Positions 18,223 through 29,566 of a stretch of DNA of 64,000 nucleotides are shown piece by piece. Under the pieces are notes generated by a model that saw only the letters and a program-made list of their open reading frames with translations, ran no database searches and was not told the DNA's origin. Each line of letters starts with the position of its first letter. Position 1 is the stretch's first letter. The DNA is from Epithemia pelagica. Its lineage: Eukaryota; Protista; Bacillariophyta. Made by a program: the position numbers and the translations under genes. The stretch lies in NCBI GenBank assembly GCA_946965045.2, contig OX337235.1:186001-250000 (forward strand). The letters run 5' to 3'.

Positions 18223-21200
18223 ATGACGTTGCTGGTACGGAATCCGTACCTCAAAAAGAAGAACCACACCAACACGAAACAGTCTCAGGTGGTCAAAGCC
18301 TCCAACAACATCCAGCACAACCCGAGATCCTCCAATTCCAATGATTCTTCCAGAGCGAGGGAACTCCCTCAACAACTGCAACAAGGTGGTGGTGCCGAAC
18401 CTCAACGAATTTCGCCCCTGGAAGCCACAACCAATGCCATCGCCATCACCAAAGCAGGAGAGCCCAGTAGGAAGAATCAGGATGGTCCATCGCAAGACTC
18501 TTGTAGAGAATGGTCCTCCCACAACAACAAGAACAAAAAGAACTCATTGAATCCTCCACCACGTTGTCAATTGTCTCCCAAGGGCAAAATAGTGCAACGA
18601 AGAAAAGAAGAGGAGGCCGAACGCAACAACAAGAACAAGGGGATGGATGCGCAACCCACCAGGACTCTACCCGATTCCCAAAAGCAGCAGCAACAGGAGG
18701 GGGCCAAGAATTCAGGCTCTCCGTCCTTGCTGAAGCACACAAAGAAAAACAAGAAGAAGAAACAGCGAGGTGTCACCTTTTTGGAACCTCACACCAAGCC
18801 TCCCGCCTCCTCGTCCCGAACAACCACCTCCTTGACGTCGGCCTTGATGCTCAAGTTTCCCGCTCCAACGAGCACTGGCAGCAACAGCTCCAACCCGAAA
18901 TTGTCGACTTGTGTGGAGATTAGTCATCGAAGTACAACATCAAGCGTACGATCGCGACCTCCTTCTTCCCTCTTGAAGACCAAGCTCAAATCCAAGTACA
19001 AGCAAGAAATTGCCGCCTTGAAGAAACAACGACAACGACAATTGGAAATGAAGCGATTGGCGCAGATCCGGCAACAGCAACAACAAAAAGAAGCTACTTC
19101 CTTGGCGCTCCTACCCTCCCATGCTGCTGCTACTTCTTCCACTGCGCAAGCCATTTTGCAAATCCTTCCCAGTCCTTTGGAGTCCTCTGCTCGTGTTTCT
19201 TCCAACATGCATACGCAAGTTTCAAATGGTGATGCTTCTCGCAAAGAACCTACCCAATCGAGTAGTAACAGTCGTTGTGAGCAAGAAGAAGAAGAAGAAG
19301 AAGAAGAAGAAGAAGAAGAAGGCAAGACCCGAGACACTGCGGATCGAACCATGATGCCGCGCGACTCGAGCCGTATCTCTGACCAGGAACCCACCAAGGC
19401 ACCATGTAGCCGACCAGGGTTGGAAGCGGTGGTCTCCGCCTCGCCCACTACGACCACGTCCATGGAACGCCTCCAAGAAAGTCGTGAAACGGAGAAGTGC
19501 GACACCAAGAATACTGGTGAATCGAGCCAAGACCAAACACCATTGTCCTCCCCAAGGTCCTCTCCAGGGCCGACCTTGTCACCTGTTTCTGTGGTACAGT
19601 CCAAGTCGGCCCATCATCCAAATCCTCCTTCTCGACGCTTTTCTGGACCCGAAGAACCGCACAGCGGTCCTCCTGTCTCACCCAAGCGAATGCAACAGAG
19701 AGACTCTGCTTCAGCCATGAGGATGCAGCGTTCTCAACCACAACAACATCCCCATGTCTCACCGGTACCGCCGCCACCGCATCTCATGCCTCCCGTGCAC
19801 CCTGCTCCTTCCTCGTCTTCCTTTTGGAGGCCATCCTCGTCGTCTTCATGTCCTCCTCCTTCTGCTTCACCCTTGGGTGCACCCTATGGATACAATGAGG
19901 GAGGAGGAGGTTACTACTACTCTCAACAACAACAGCAACATCAGGCGATGCTCCATCCTCCATTTTTACCTCCTCCAACCTCTACACCGACCTCACCTCG
20001 TGGACACAGCCATCGATCCTACGTGACACCGGGAGGAAGTGGTGGTGGCAATGGTCGCCCCGGATTTCCATCTCATGCGGCAGCATCGCCCTACTATGCT
20101 TCACCGGCACAGCAACAACAACAACAACAACAACAACAACATGGGCACCACCCTCATTCAATGATGGCGATGATGTATCCTGGTGGTCCCTATTCTAGTA
20201 GCAATGCCTATCATCACCCAGACATTGTGACAAGAGGACCCTATCCACCGCTCTTGGGAGGAGGTGGAGAATCCATGGACGAAGACGACTCTCCGGTGGA
20301 TCTATCGTATAATGGACCACCACTGATACCTCCTCATCCTCAGTATCCCCCGTCTCACCATTTGATGCCTCGCATGGACCCGTATTCGGCAACGAATGGT
20401 GGTGGACCATCTGGTGGAGGAATGAGTTCCCGAATGGGGCCAGGACCCCATCCACACCCCTATGGCCCGGCTCCCCCTGGTTTCTACAGTGGGCCGTCTC
20501 ATCCACAGCACTATTGGACATCGGCACCTTCCTGGGCACCCTTTCCCCCGCAATTTCGAAGCAGTTCCAATCATCGTGCCAGTCCAACCTTGTCTCCACG
20601 CTATCGTCAGTACTCGTTCGATGAAAATGAACAATTGTCCATGTATCCTCATCCTTCACAGCAGCAGCAACAGCATCCTCATGCTCGTGGCCATGATGCC
20701 AATGGTCCCCGAATACCACTTCCACTCCCCGTTTTGCAACCCATGCCTTCGCGACCGGTGGATTCCAATCTCAACGACACCCATTCTACGACTAGCACAA
20801 ACAGTTCCAGTCTCAAAAAGACGACAACGACGACTCCCCCTGCTTCGGCCAATGCCATTGTCAAGGTCATGGCTCAAGTTTTGGAACCGCCATGTCCCAT
20901 GGCCACGGACTATGAAAAGTTGGATACCGTCATTGGTTTACTCAAACCGCGCCCCTCCAAAGGAGAGACCTCCTCAAGTACCTTTGGGATCTCCATTCAA
21001 GTCAATGTCACGAGTACCTTGGTCGATCCAATGACCAAACCATGCAATGCACCAGCTCTAGAAGAAGGCAAAAGCGTAGATGTCAAATCTGGCAGTGGAG
21101 ACGTAGAAGAACAGGGCTCCGAGCAAGTTGGAAACGACAACAAGGACAACTCAAGTGATACTACGAAGCAAGCAGTGTCACAAGAAGAATCCTCATTATC

Positions 21201-23460
21201 CAAGAACCAAGTCTCCGGTGACAATGTGGTCAGCAACCCACCGATTCGCCGAAGACGCCGTCGACGTCGAGTGTTCTTTGCGGCACTGACCATTCTGGAC
21301 GCTTCGGTACAAAACGAACGTCTCAAGCAACAGGCTTCCGCCAAGAATAGCAATGACGAAAGCACAGCGAACGAACCACTGGTACTGTTGGAACCTGGAG
21401 ACGTTATTCTTTCCATTGCGGGCCAACCAACAGCCGGATTGAACTTTGCCCAATGCTGCAAACTCTTCCAGCAGAGTTCTGGGCAAATTGAAGAACTAGA
21501 AGACGAAATCAAGAAGGATTCGGATTCCACAACTACCCACACGGAAGAGAAAAAGGAAGACGACGCAAAAGCGAACGACAACATTGTCGTTCCCATTGAA
21601 ATTGCCCGTCGCAAGAAACCCAAGTCTTCTCCACCCTCCAACAAAGCATTGGTGCGAACAAGTGACAGTAAACAAGTGTCATTGTCCAACAGTTTGCAAA
21701 AGGTGGTCATCACCGAAGGGCATCTCAGCAAGCTAGCTCGTGTGATGCTCGAATATTTGTTGGACCTCACCAACGGCAGCCGTCTATTGGGACGAGGTGA
21801 GACGTTGGAAATGCTCTTGCGACCCAAATTAATCTTTACGCTGCCGGACATTAGTGAATCGGACTCTGGATTGACCGACTTGATGACCAACTGGCATAAA
21901 AACTCCAAGTCGTCGATGCGCAAGGCCTATCAACGGGCCACGCAGCATTGGAAAGATCAATGGTCCAAGGACGAACCCAAGGCGATTCTAGAATGGCACC
22001 CCGTCTTTTTATCGGACCGACAACGCAGTATTTTGAGAGGTGCACCCCGTCCGGCTGTAGGATGCAAGTGTTCCTGTAAGGACCACATGTTCGTCAATCA
22101 TCCAGATTGTCCTCTTTATAGCAACCTGGTTCGGTTGGAGCAAAAGATCAAGAGTGAACAGGAATCGAATGATGATGACGATGACAAGGCAATGGAGTTG
22201 GTCAAGAAGAACAGTAACCCAATCCAGAAGGAGTCTTTGAATACGGTGGAGTCAGCAGTCTTGGACCGTTTCAAGCGCCATCGAGATGAGAAGAATGCCG
22301 AAGACGAGGAAGCTCGCTTTGTCATGAGAATGGAACAGCTTCAACTTGAAACGTGCAAGCAAGCAATCGAAGCACCGTCTTTGACTGTCATGGTGCTTTC
22401 GGCAGTCGTAGAGCTTTGCAAAGAAGACGATGAAGAAAAAGAAAAGTCGGGGAGCCACAAGACAAGTGATGAACGTGCAAACCCACAAGAGCAATCACAA
22501 AAACAAGGGGACGAGGGTAATGACGACGACGACGACGAGGATGAAGACGACGATGTGCCCCTGGCCGAACTGGCCAAGAGACAAGACACTGCCGAAAGTC
22601 CAACGAAGAAACAACGACGTGCATCGCATCTTTCCATGCACTACATGGCTCGTTTGGCACGTCACATTAGTTGGACCTGGGGACATGTCGCCCGCGAGCC
22701 CTCTCATTTGGACCATGCCTGGCGCTGGGAAGTCTTTTCGGGACAGCACAGCCAGAATACTGCTGGTAGCAGCAGCAGCAGTTCCACGTCCCCTACTTCC
22801 ATGGCTGCCGCATGGGATAGCAAGCAGGCGCAAAATCCACGTCGTCCAGGCTCGTACAGTTGGGAAAATGTTCGATGGTTACTTGATAAGGACACTGTTC
22901 AAACGCCCCTTCAAGAAATGGAGTCAAGTAGTACCAAGGCGGCAACGAACGACGAGGAGCAACAAGCCCGACGACAAGAGTATGCCGTACAGTGCTTGGC
23001 ACAAGTATTGGATCCCCGTCGGGGAACTGGATTGATGGAGGAAATCATGGCGCTCGTCCATTCCAATGTATTGGAACTTGCGGACCAAAGCAGCCAATCC
23101 TCTCGTCTCCAGCTCGCTTTGGAGTGGTACTTGAATGTCGATGTCTTGGTATTGGAGCAAATGGATGCCAGTTGGGGAAAGGATCCGCTCCGATACCGTA
23201 TTCCGTCCGAGATTGTCACGACCTTGCAACGCGAATGGATCAAAACCACGGGCGGTCGTCCCAAATACGGCGACAACAACAACAACGAGTCGGACAGTGA
23301 AGAAGATGGGGAATTATCCGAAGCGGCCTGGGCCAGTCGGTGGGCTCCCGAAGAACCCATTTACGAACTGGATGAGTTTGTCACCTGGAGACAAGCCTTT
23401 GAACAACGGGAAGAAACACAATCCAATCAACTCCATGGGATTGGACAATTTGGTGTATAA
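18223..23460 (+). CDS. Large low-complexity protein with interrupted PDZ-like domain and a Cys/His motif (~1745 aa)
   Basis: 5.2-kb uninterrupted ORF. PDZ-like elements FGISI and LLEPGDVILSIAGQPTAGLNFAQCCKLF; motif CKCSCKDHMFVNHPDCPLY. Confidence 0.85.
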   Translation: MTLLVRNPYLKKKNHTNTKQSQVVKASNNIQHNPRSSNSNDSSRARELPQQLQQGGGAEPQRISPLEATTNAIAITKAGEPSRKNQDGPSQDSCREWSSHNNKNKKNSLNPPPRCQLSPKGKIVQRRKEEEAERNNKNKGMDAQPTRTLPDSQKQQQQEGAKNSGSPSLLKHTKKNKKKKQRGVTFLEPHTKPPASSSRTTTSLTSALMLKFPAPTSTGSNSSNPKLSTCVEISHRSTTSSVRSRPPSSLLKTKLKSKYKQEIAALKKQRQRQLEMKRLAQIRQQQQQKEATSLALLPSHAAATSSTAQAILQILPSPLESSARVSSNMHTQVSNGDASRKEPTQSSSNSRCEQEEEEEEEEEEEEGKTRDTADRTMMPRDSSRISDQEPTKAPCSRPGLEAVVSASPTTTTSMERLQESRETEKCDTKNTGESSQDQTPLSSPRSSPGPTLSPVSVVQSKSAHHPNPPSRRFSGPEEPHSGPPVSPKRMQQRDSASAMRMQRSQPQQHPHVSPVPPPPHLMPPVHPAPSSSSFWRPSSSSSCPPPSASPLGAPYGYNEGGGGYYYSQQQQQHQAMLHPPFLPPPTSTPTSPRGHSHRSYVTPGGSGGGNGRPGFPSHAAASPYYASPAQQQQQQQQQQHGHHPHSMMAMMYPGGPYSSSNAYHHPDIVTRGPYPPLLGGGGESMDEDDSPVDLSYNGPPLIPPHPQYPPSHHLMPRMDPYSATNGGGPSGGGMSSRMGPGPHPHPYGPAPPGFYSGPSHPQHYWTSAPSWAPFPPQFRSSSNHRASPTLSPRYRQYSFDENEQLSMYPHPSQQQQQHPHARGHDANGPRIPLPLPVLQPMPSRPVDSNLNDTHSTTSTNSSSLKKTTTTTPPASANAIVKVMAQVLEPPCPMATDYEKLDTVIGLLKPRPSKGETSSSTFGISIQVNVTSTLVDPMTKPCNAPALEEGKSVDVKSGSGDVEEQGSEQVGNDNKDNSSDTTKQAVSQEESSLSKNQVSGDNVVSNPPIRRRRRRRRVFFAALTILDASVQNERLKQQASAKNSNDESTANEPLVLLEPGDVILSIAGQPTAGLNFAQCCKLFQQSSGQIEELEDEIKKDSDSTTTHTEEKKEDDAKANDNIVVPIEIARRKKPKSSPPSNKALVRTSDSKQVSLSNSLQKVVITEGHLSKLARVMLEYLLDLTNGSRLLGRGETLEMLLRPKLIFTLPDISESDSGLTDLMTNWHKNSKSSMRKAYQRATQHWKDQWSKDEPKAILEWHPVFLSDRQRSILRGAPRPAVGCKCSCKDHMFVNHPDCPLYSNLVRLEQKIKSEQESNDDDDDKAMELVKKNSNPIQKESLNTVESAVLDRFKRHRDEKNAEDEEARFVMRMEQLQLETCKQAIEAPSLTVMVLSAVVELCKEDDEEKEKSGSHKTSDERANPQEQSQKQGDEGNDDDDDEDEDDDVPLAELAKRQDTAESPTKKQRRASHLSMHYMARLARHISWTWGHVAREPSHLDHAWRWEVFSGQHSQNTAGSSSSSSTSPTSMAAAWDSKQAQNPRRPGSYSWENVRWLLDKDTVQTPLQEMESSSTKAATNDEEQQARRQEYAVQCLAQVLDPRRGTGLMEEIMALVHSNVLELADQSSQSSRLQLALEWYLNVDVLVLEQMDASWGKDPLRYRIPSEIVTTLQREWIKTTGGRPKYGDNNNNESDSEEDGELSEAAWASRWAPEEPIYELDEFVTWRQAFEQREETQSNQLHGIGQFGV

Positions 23461-24411
23461 TAACAAAGCAAGACTGTAATACTACTATTACGTAATCCTA
23501 ATAGCGCAATTGTATCAAAGATTTTAGAGTCGTGTGGTTATATTGGGAATGAAAGCCACACCTGTGTACAGAGGGACAACCAAGCGCGATACGGATAGGT
23601 CTTTCCTTGTGGGCGTGTCCTGGATGAAAGGACCATTGTACTACCGATGATCGATGATGGCTTCCTTTTCTTGTTCTTGGATCCAATTCATTGCCTTCGG
23701 GATTTGAATCACATCTCCATACCATGGAAATAGGTGTGCTTTCTCTAGAGAGAGAGAGGGAGGTCAAAGCTAACTATTACTAGAGGATGAATCCTTTGTG
23801 AGCTATGTCCACTACCCATTTACGCATAGACTGGTCGCTCCACAGAACATTCTCCCACAGAAGATTCGGAGTTCGAAGAAGTGTTCCCCCAAACTGTTCG
23901 GGGGATAGACCCGTGCCGATTCGCAATGGGGATTCGTGTGGGGTGGACGGCGCGAGACGTACGTACGGCGGACGCCCGGTGATTTTGTGTGGCTCTCCAT
24001 GGATCTCTCACTGATGTCACGCTCGCCGCGCGCCGTACAGACTCTCGGCCGCGGCGGATCTTTTGTTGGTGGGGGCTATCGAGATCTAAATTTTTCCTCT
24101 TCTGCACCGCACCGCACCGCACGCGGCGCGAGGCTTTTTTTTGCGTCTCCTGGTTTTTGCCATATGCTGCCATTGGCCTTGGAGCTTCGGTTGGTATTTT
24201 GAGAAGAAGTAGTGCAGAGAAGAGTCAAGTGGCAAGTCCTGCTGTTGCTGCATCATCATCGGATTGGATAACTTGTCTGTCTTGTTCTGTGTCATTCACA
24301 TTGGACGGCCATCACGCAACATTCACACAGTCGTAGCGAGGAGCGAAGAATCAATATTCCAGGATCGTAGTCGATTGATTGGAGAGCAGCAACGGAAGAA
24401 GAAGAAGAAGA

Positions 24412-25437
24412 ATGATGATGATGAGAATGATTGTCGTCCAATGGTTGGCCATGGGCCCTGCGGTCTTGGCTGGATCGTTGACAGTCCGCCGAGGATTGAC
24501 CGTGTCAGAAAAGTGCATTCTCGGTACGAACGAATTGACGGACAATGAGGAATTTCGTCTGGCCTTGGAAAAGGTGGCCGATGACATTCGAACAACCGAA
24601 GAGTATTGCCAAGGCCTGAATGCCGAAAAGGAGGGCAACTCGATGGAAGAAACGAAAAAGAATTTGTTTTGTGTCTTTGACGAATCGAAATTGGCTTCGG
24701 GTGCGGCCTATGTGGAAGCCTGTGAAAAGGCGGGGGGTTCCATTCATCAAAGCGATGTCCTGGTCACTTGCAACATTTGCACCTCCTCTTCGGAAACGAC
24801 GCAAGACGATGCCAATCTGCCGCGTGGGAAAATGGCCGTCTCGGCGGCCATGATGCAGCAGCAGCAGCCAGCAACCTTGCCTCAAGGAACTACGAATGGC
24901 AATCAAGACGGTATGATGCAAATGGAAATGACAGAACAAGAGTTGCATGCCACAGCGGAGGAGGCCACCAAAGAAACCTTTGAGTACGAGTATTTGAACA
25001 TGGACTTTTGCTTCCATCCCTTGGCTTGTAGTCAAGACGATATCACCAAAGCCATTCAAGAAGAAGCCAATTCCTTGCTGGATATGATGAAGGAAAGCAT
25101 TGAAGTCCTCAAGTCTTATAGCGGCACTGGTTCCATGTCCATTTCCTGCAGCGCTACGGTATTGTCCGAAGATGGAGAAATGGGGGAAACCATTGTGGTA
25201 CCCGAAGAAGGCAGTGGTGAAGAAGGAACGACCGAAGAAGAAGAACCCCAAGTGGAGGATCCAATGGACGACCTGCGCATGAATGAGACCGATATTGATG
25301 GCAATTCGACCGAATTGGATTCTAACGAGACTAGTACCGACGACGACCTAGAGTCATTGGCCGTTTCTCGGTTTGGCCTGGTGGGAGCTTCCTCAAGTGT
25401 CATAATGGCGTTGGCCCTTGCCGCCATGATGTGGTAG
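24412..25437 (+). CDS. RxL/8-Cys GPI-type surface protein, paralog 1
   Basis: Signal peptide, RGL before the first Cys, family Cys spacing (EKC, EYC, LFC, EAC..GG, VTC, YLN..C, LAC, ISC), acidic stalk, hydrophobic C-terminal tail. Confidence 0.85.
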   Translation: MMMMRMIVVQWLAMGPAVLAGSLTVRRGLTVSEKCILGTNELTDNEEFRLALEKVADDIRTTEEYCQGLNAEKEGNSMEETKKNLFCVFDESKLASGAAYVEACEKAGGSIHQSDVLVTCNICTSSSETTQDDANLPRGKMAVSAAMMQQQQPATLPQGTTNGNQDGMMQMEMTEQELHATAEEATKETFEYEYLNMDFCFHPLACSQDDITKAIQEEANSLLDMMKESIEVLKSYSGTGSMSISCSATVLSEDGEMGETIVVPEEGSGEEGTTEEEEPQVEDPMDDLRMNETDIDGNSTELDSNETSTDDDLESLAVSRFGLVGASSSVIMALALAAMMW

Positions 25438-25859
25438 ATCGATGGCTCGACCGACAAGGTTTTTCGAAACGGATGGAAGCAAGGATGGAATGATGGATTG
25501 GAACGGAGGACTCGATACTAATTTTCACAAGAAGATGTGCAAGGGACATTTGCTCAAGACACGAAACGATTGGATTCTTTGGATTCGTTCACACACACAC
25601 ACACACACAAGAAACTGCGCACGACACAATGGAACCCTGTAGAAATGAAATTGACAAGACGGCCCCATATGAATATATTTATGAGTTTTAGTTTACAAAA
25701 GAAAAGAAAAGAAAAAACTGTCAAGAAAGAATAACAAAAGAAACAAGAGAGTGCTACTAGCTGGTAAAGTGAAATGAAAAAGACAGGTCGAACAACAAGA
25801 GTCCTCCTTTTGCGGAACACTTGCAGTATTGTAGGCTTTGTAGAGTTGTGGTTTGTCGT

Positions 25860-26150
25860 CCCTTTTGCATGGATGGCAGTCCATCAAGGGCGAGCATTGC
25901 CCTACAGCGTCGCCTCCGACTCGACAGAAAGCAACGGCTACGTTTTAGCTTATATCGACCCAATGGCGTCTTCCCATACTTCGAATAGCGTTAGATCGAT
26001 CAGGCACTTTGTCGACATGTTGATACGAATCAAACTTGGTTCCATCGGAGGCCAAGGTTCCCGAATATAGTGCATGGTCAATTGTTGACCTTTCTTGGGG
26101 AAATTCGTCCCATCTCCTGCTCTCAAGACTTTCGTAACCAGTATCAGATT
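25860..26150 (-). pseudogene. FKBP12-type peptidyl-prolyl isomerase pseudogene
   Basis: VTKVLRAGDGTNFPKKGQQLTMHY in one frame, SGTLASDGTKFDS in another, then WEDAIGSI*; frameshifts and stops. Confidence 0.8.
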
Positions 26151-26222
26151 CAAACGCTTCACCAGAGGCGGTCTTCTCGATAGCAGCACGCGGTTCCGAC
26201 ATCAACCACAAAGTGTGCACTC

Positions 26223-27898
26223 TCAGCTCTGCCACGTGAAACCCGCTGCTGCCGACCTGCGAATCGTATCCGCTGTTGTGACGTCAATACTCACCGTGCT
26301 CGAGGTGCAAGAAATCTCAACCCTCGCAGCGGTTGACCGTCCGGGTGCCGTCCAATATCGTCCAAAGTTCACATTCAATGTACTACTTACACCTTCCAGC
26401 ACCACAACATAAACGTAACCTTGTCAAACGACAGTTTATCACGAACCACACAGACAAAATTTTGCCAGAACGTGTCCACGCAAAAACCATGGCTTGCACT
26501 CTTTGTGTACTGAAAAGCATAGAGTGTGTTTTGTAGGATTACGGCACCATCAATGTTTGCATAATTTGGAATGCTTGGGATCCAGTAGATCCCTTTGTCG
26601 TTTAGCTGCTGTACTCCTTCTGCCCCAGTGCCCGTGGCCTGGTGCACTCCAGTTATACCAGGGGAATTGGACTCTCGAAACCAGGCATGGAGGGCTTCTT
26701 CTAGGAAGATGCCTACGACAGTCCCACTCTTGATCTGCTTGCCAAACCTCAATCCATGAAGGTAAGCATCCAGATTTAGGCGACCACGGAGACCTTGCAA
26801 AACTGTCAATGAGTCCACAATTTGTACTGGCCTAGGAACCCTGTCAGGAACCGAACTATTTCCATTGAACATTGTGCGAAGCCTATCCGGGTTGCCTGAG
26901 TCGTCGTCGTTGTTTCTTGAAGTTGATGTCTTGACTAACCTAACTTTTTGTTCGTCCACTCTTTCGATGAGATCCATCAAGGATTCATAGATCTCCCGAC
27001 AGCCACCACAAACAGAATATCCTGCTCTCACGGCATCCCTGTCGAGGCCGAGCAACGTGAAACCTTGAATTACTTCGTCCTCACTCCAACCGTCCAGGAT
27101 CCACATATACAAATCCTTCTCGGCATTCTTGGGAAGTGGATGTCCTCCTGAGGTACAAAAATAATCGTAGTATGCATTCAAATCCCTCTCTTCGTCGTGT
27201 CGGGGACCATTCAGAAAAAGAATACAGTCATACTCTCCAAGTCTAAAAAGCCCTGCAACTTTCTTTTGGAAGGCTGGAAGGATGACGTAGGCGGACTTCT
27301 CGACTTTCTCGAATCGGCGGTTGTAGAACACCTTCAATTTTGTAGCAACGTTCAATTTTGTAGCAACGTTGCCCATGAAGAAAACGGAAACAAAACGCTC
27401 CTCTCTCGTTTTGCGTACGTACAGGACAGGCTTGTCCGCATGTAGTGCCTTGTGGAGGGCAGCGATGAAGAACAAGACAGACTTTCCCACACCCGGGGAG
27501 CCCAGCAAAACTCGGTTTGAACTTTCTCCGAGAACATCCTTCGAGAAATATCCGAAGATCGTTTTCATGCAATCTCAGACATAGATTTGTTCAGGCAGGA
27601 ACTGGTCCTTTGGCTCTACCAAATCACCGAGAACAGATTTTAGATTGATCACACGATCATCTGCAGTATCAGAGTGCTCATCGTCCCTTTCGGAGAAGAA
27701 ACGAAATAATCCTTGCTCCAGAGAAGTGGGTTCGAACTCATGAACGTGAAGCACTGAACCCAAGATCGATTTCGCGTACGCCAAATCTGGTTCCTTAAAA
27801 GAATGCGGCGGCGGCGGCGGTAGTGGCAGCGGTGGCGAAGGAGGTTGTACAGTGGCATCACGACCATCTTCCAAATCCATTGGACTTACGGTTGACAT
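26223..27898 (-). pseudogene. Crinkler-like P-loop NTPase + REase-fold protein, disrupted
   Basis: Walker A LLGSPGVGKS; C-terminal YWIPSIPNYANIDG...YAFQYTKSASH typical of CR-REase domains. In-frame TGA at 27575-27577; frameshift near 26420 (VYVVVLEG continues in another frame). Confidence 0.75.
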
Positions 27899-28391
27899 CC
27901 TTTGCAGACAGCAGACAGCAAACAGGGCACGGAAGAGATCAATGCGTGATGATCTTGCAACAAAACCCGAGGTTGGATAGTACCGGGCGACGTAAGGACC
28001 TGCCAAAGCTTCTCCTCTACTTAGAGGTGCTCTATACGGTATGCCAATGGGGAATCACACATAGCATAACGGACGACAGAAGGACTATTACATGAGCTGG
28101 CTGGCTGGCTCTCTCTGATCGCCGGGGGACTCTCCCAACGAGGTATGCCAGCTATCGTATTTACACTTTCTCGTCATCGCAAAATCTCTCTACTCCAAAT
28201 AATGAGCGATCCATATAACCCTCCCACAACCCACAACGGATGATATCTTACAATACATAGGAGGAACAACCAACGCGATTGAACAACAACCGCAACCTAC
28301 TCTCCTCTTCTACAAATTAATTACTTTGTCGGAGGCTCTATCGTGAGAATCGAATCCATTGATTTGTTTCTGTTGGTTACTCATCGTTATC

Positions 28392-29141
28392 ATGAACAGC
28401 AAACTCGTGTCTTCTTCCATCCTGGTGGCCCTCAGTGCTTTTACTCATACGGCATCGGCCGATTCTTCTGTGATTCACCAGCAAATCAAGGATGCAGTGG
28501 CCCAATGGTCGACACAATATCATCCTCGTCGACTGGATGTAGAACAATGTTTGACGGATACTGACGCGCTCTTTACGGCCAATCCAGCACTCACCGTGGC
28601 CTATGACGGCGTGGCGGCCGAACTTCAAACCTTGCAAAGCGATATTTGTGGCTCCATTAGCTTTCAATGCGAACTCAATGAAGATGATTTGGCATCGGCC
28701 GCCGGTTTGCGGGACGCCTGTGTCGAGGCAGGGGGCAAAATTCATGAATTTGACATGACAGTCTCGTGTGAGATTGGTGTGAATGGACAATCGGGCGTCA
28801 TTCCGGCCTTTACCTTTGATTACAAGAACCGCGATGAATGCCTCGCGGCCGATTGCGACCCGGACGCTGTGGCCGAGGCTTTGGGTCGTACGGCCGACCA
28901 AGCCCTGCAAGACATTCAAAACATTGACGGCTTTCCTTCAACTCTCGCATTGAACTGCGACACGCAATACTTCCCCAAACAACCAGTGGGTGAGGATGGT
29001 GATGTGGCGGTGGATCCGGATAGAGACAATCCATCACCTGACCTTTCGTCGCCTGACCTTTCGTCGGCTGGCAGTATCACCCAGAGTGTTTCGTTCCTTG
29101 CCGGAGTTGCCATGCTTGCGTCGGTCATCATCACCGTGTAA
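28392..29141 (+). CDS. RxL/8-Cys GPI-type surface protein, paralog 2
   Basis: Signal peptide MNSKLVSSSILVALSAFTHTASA; RRLDVEQC; 8 Cys; tail SSAGSITQSVSFLAGVAMLASVIITV. Confidence 0.9.
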   Translation: MNSKLVSSSILVALSAFTHTASADSSVIHQQIKDAVAQWSTQYHPRRLDVEQCLTDTDALFTANPALTVAYDGVAAELQTLQSDICGSISFQCELNEDDLASAAGLRDACVEAGGKIHEFDMTVSCEIGVNGQSGVIPAFTFDYKNRDECLAADCDPDAVAEALGRTADQALQDIQNIDGFPSTLALNCDTQYFPKQPVGEDGDVAVDPDRDNPSPDLSSPDLSSAGSITQSVSFLAGVAMLASVIITV

Positions 29142-29566
29142 GAATGCGTATACGTCAAACTTGGATATGACGGATGCGATGAAAACGATACAGTATGGAT
29201 GGATGTAGTGGGCATATGAGACTCAAGACTTGCTGCGATGAAAGAGGAGTGAGCAAAGCCTATCCTGACAGCCGCCAGGCAAAGACAAAACTTATACTAA
29301 TACAATGAGAACCACAGGTTGGGATTCTTTTCTATATTTCAAAGCCCGACCATTCCATTAGGGGAATTCTCCACGGTCCTGGGATGCACTGACCAATTTG
29401 AGGCTCTGCGATTCAAGCAACTGAGGACAAAACAGGGTGACTTGTTTACCGTCACGCAATTCGATAGCGAGACGCAACATCACGTTACCGTGGTTTAGGA
29501 TATACCCGACCCTGGACACATCGGTCCCCGATGAATGGCTTGCCTTGTTGCACTTGTCGGCTGCTT

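Noticed and set aside
23800-24200. GC-rich stretch with GCACC repeats upstream of paralog 1 as a possible ncRNA
   Set aside because: No recognisable RNA family or convincing structure; may simply be promoter DNA.
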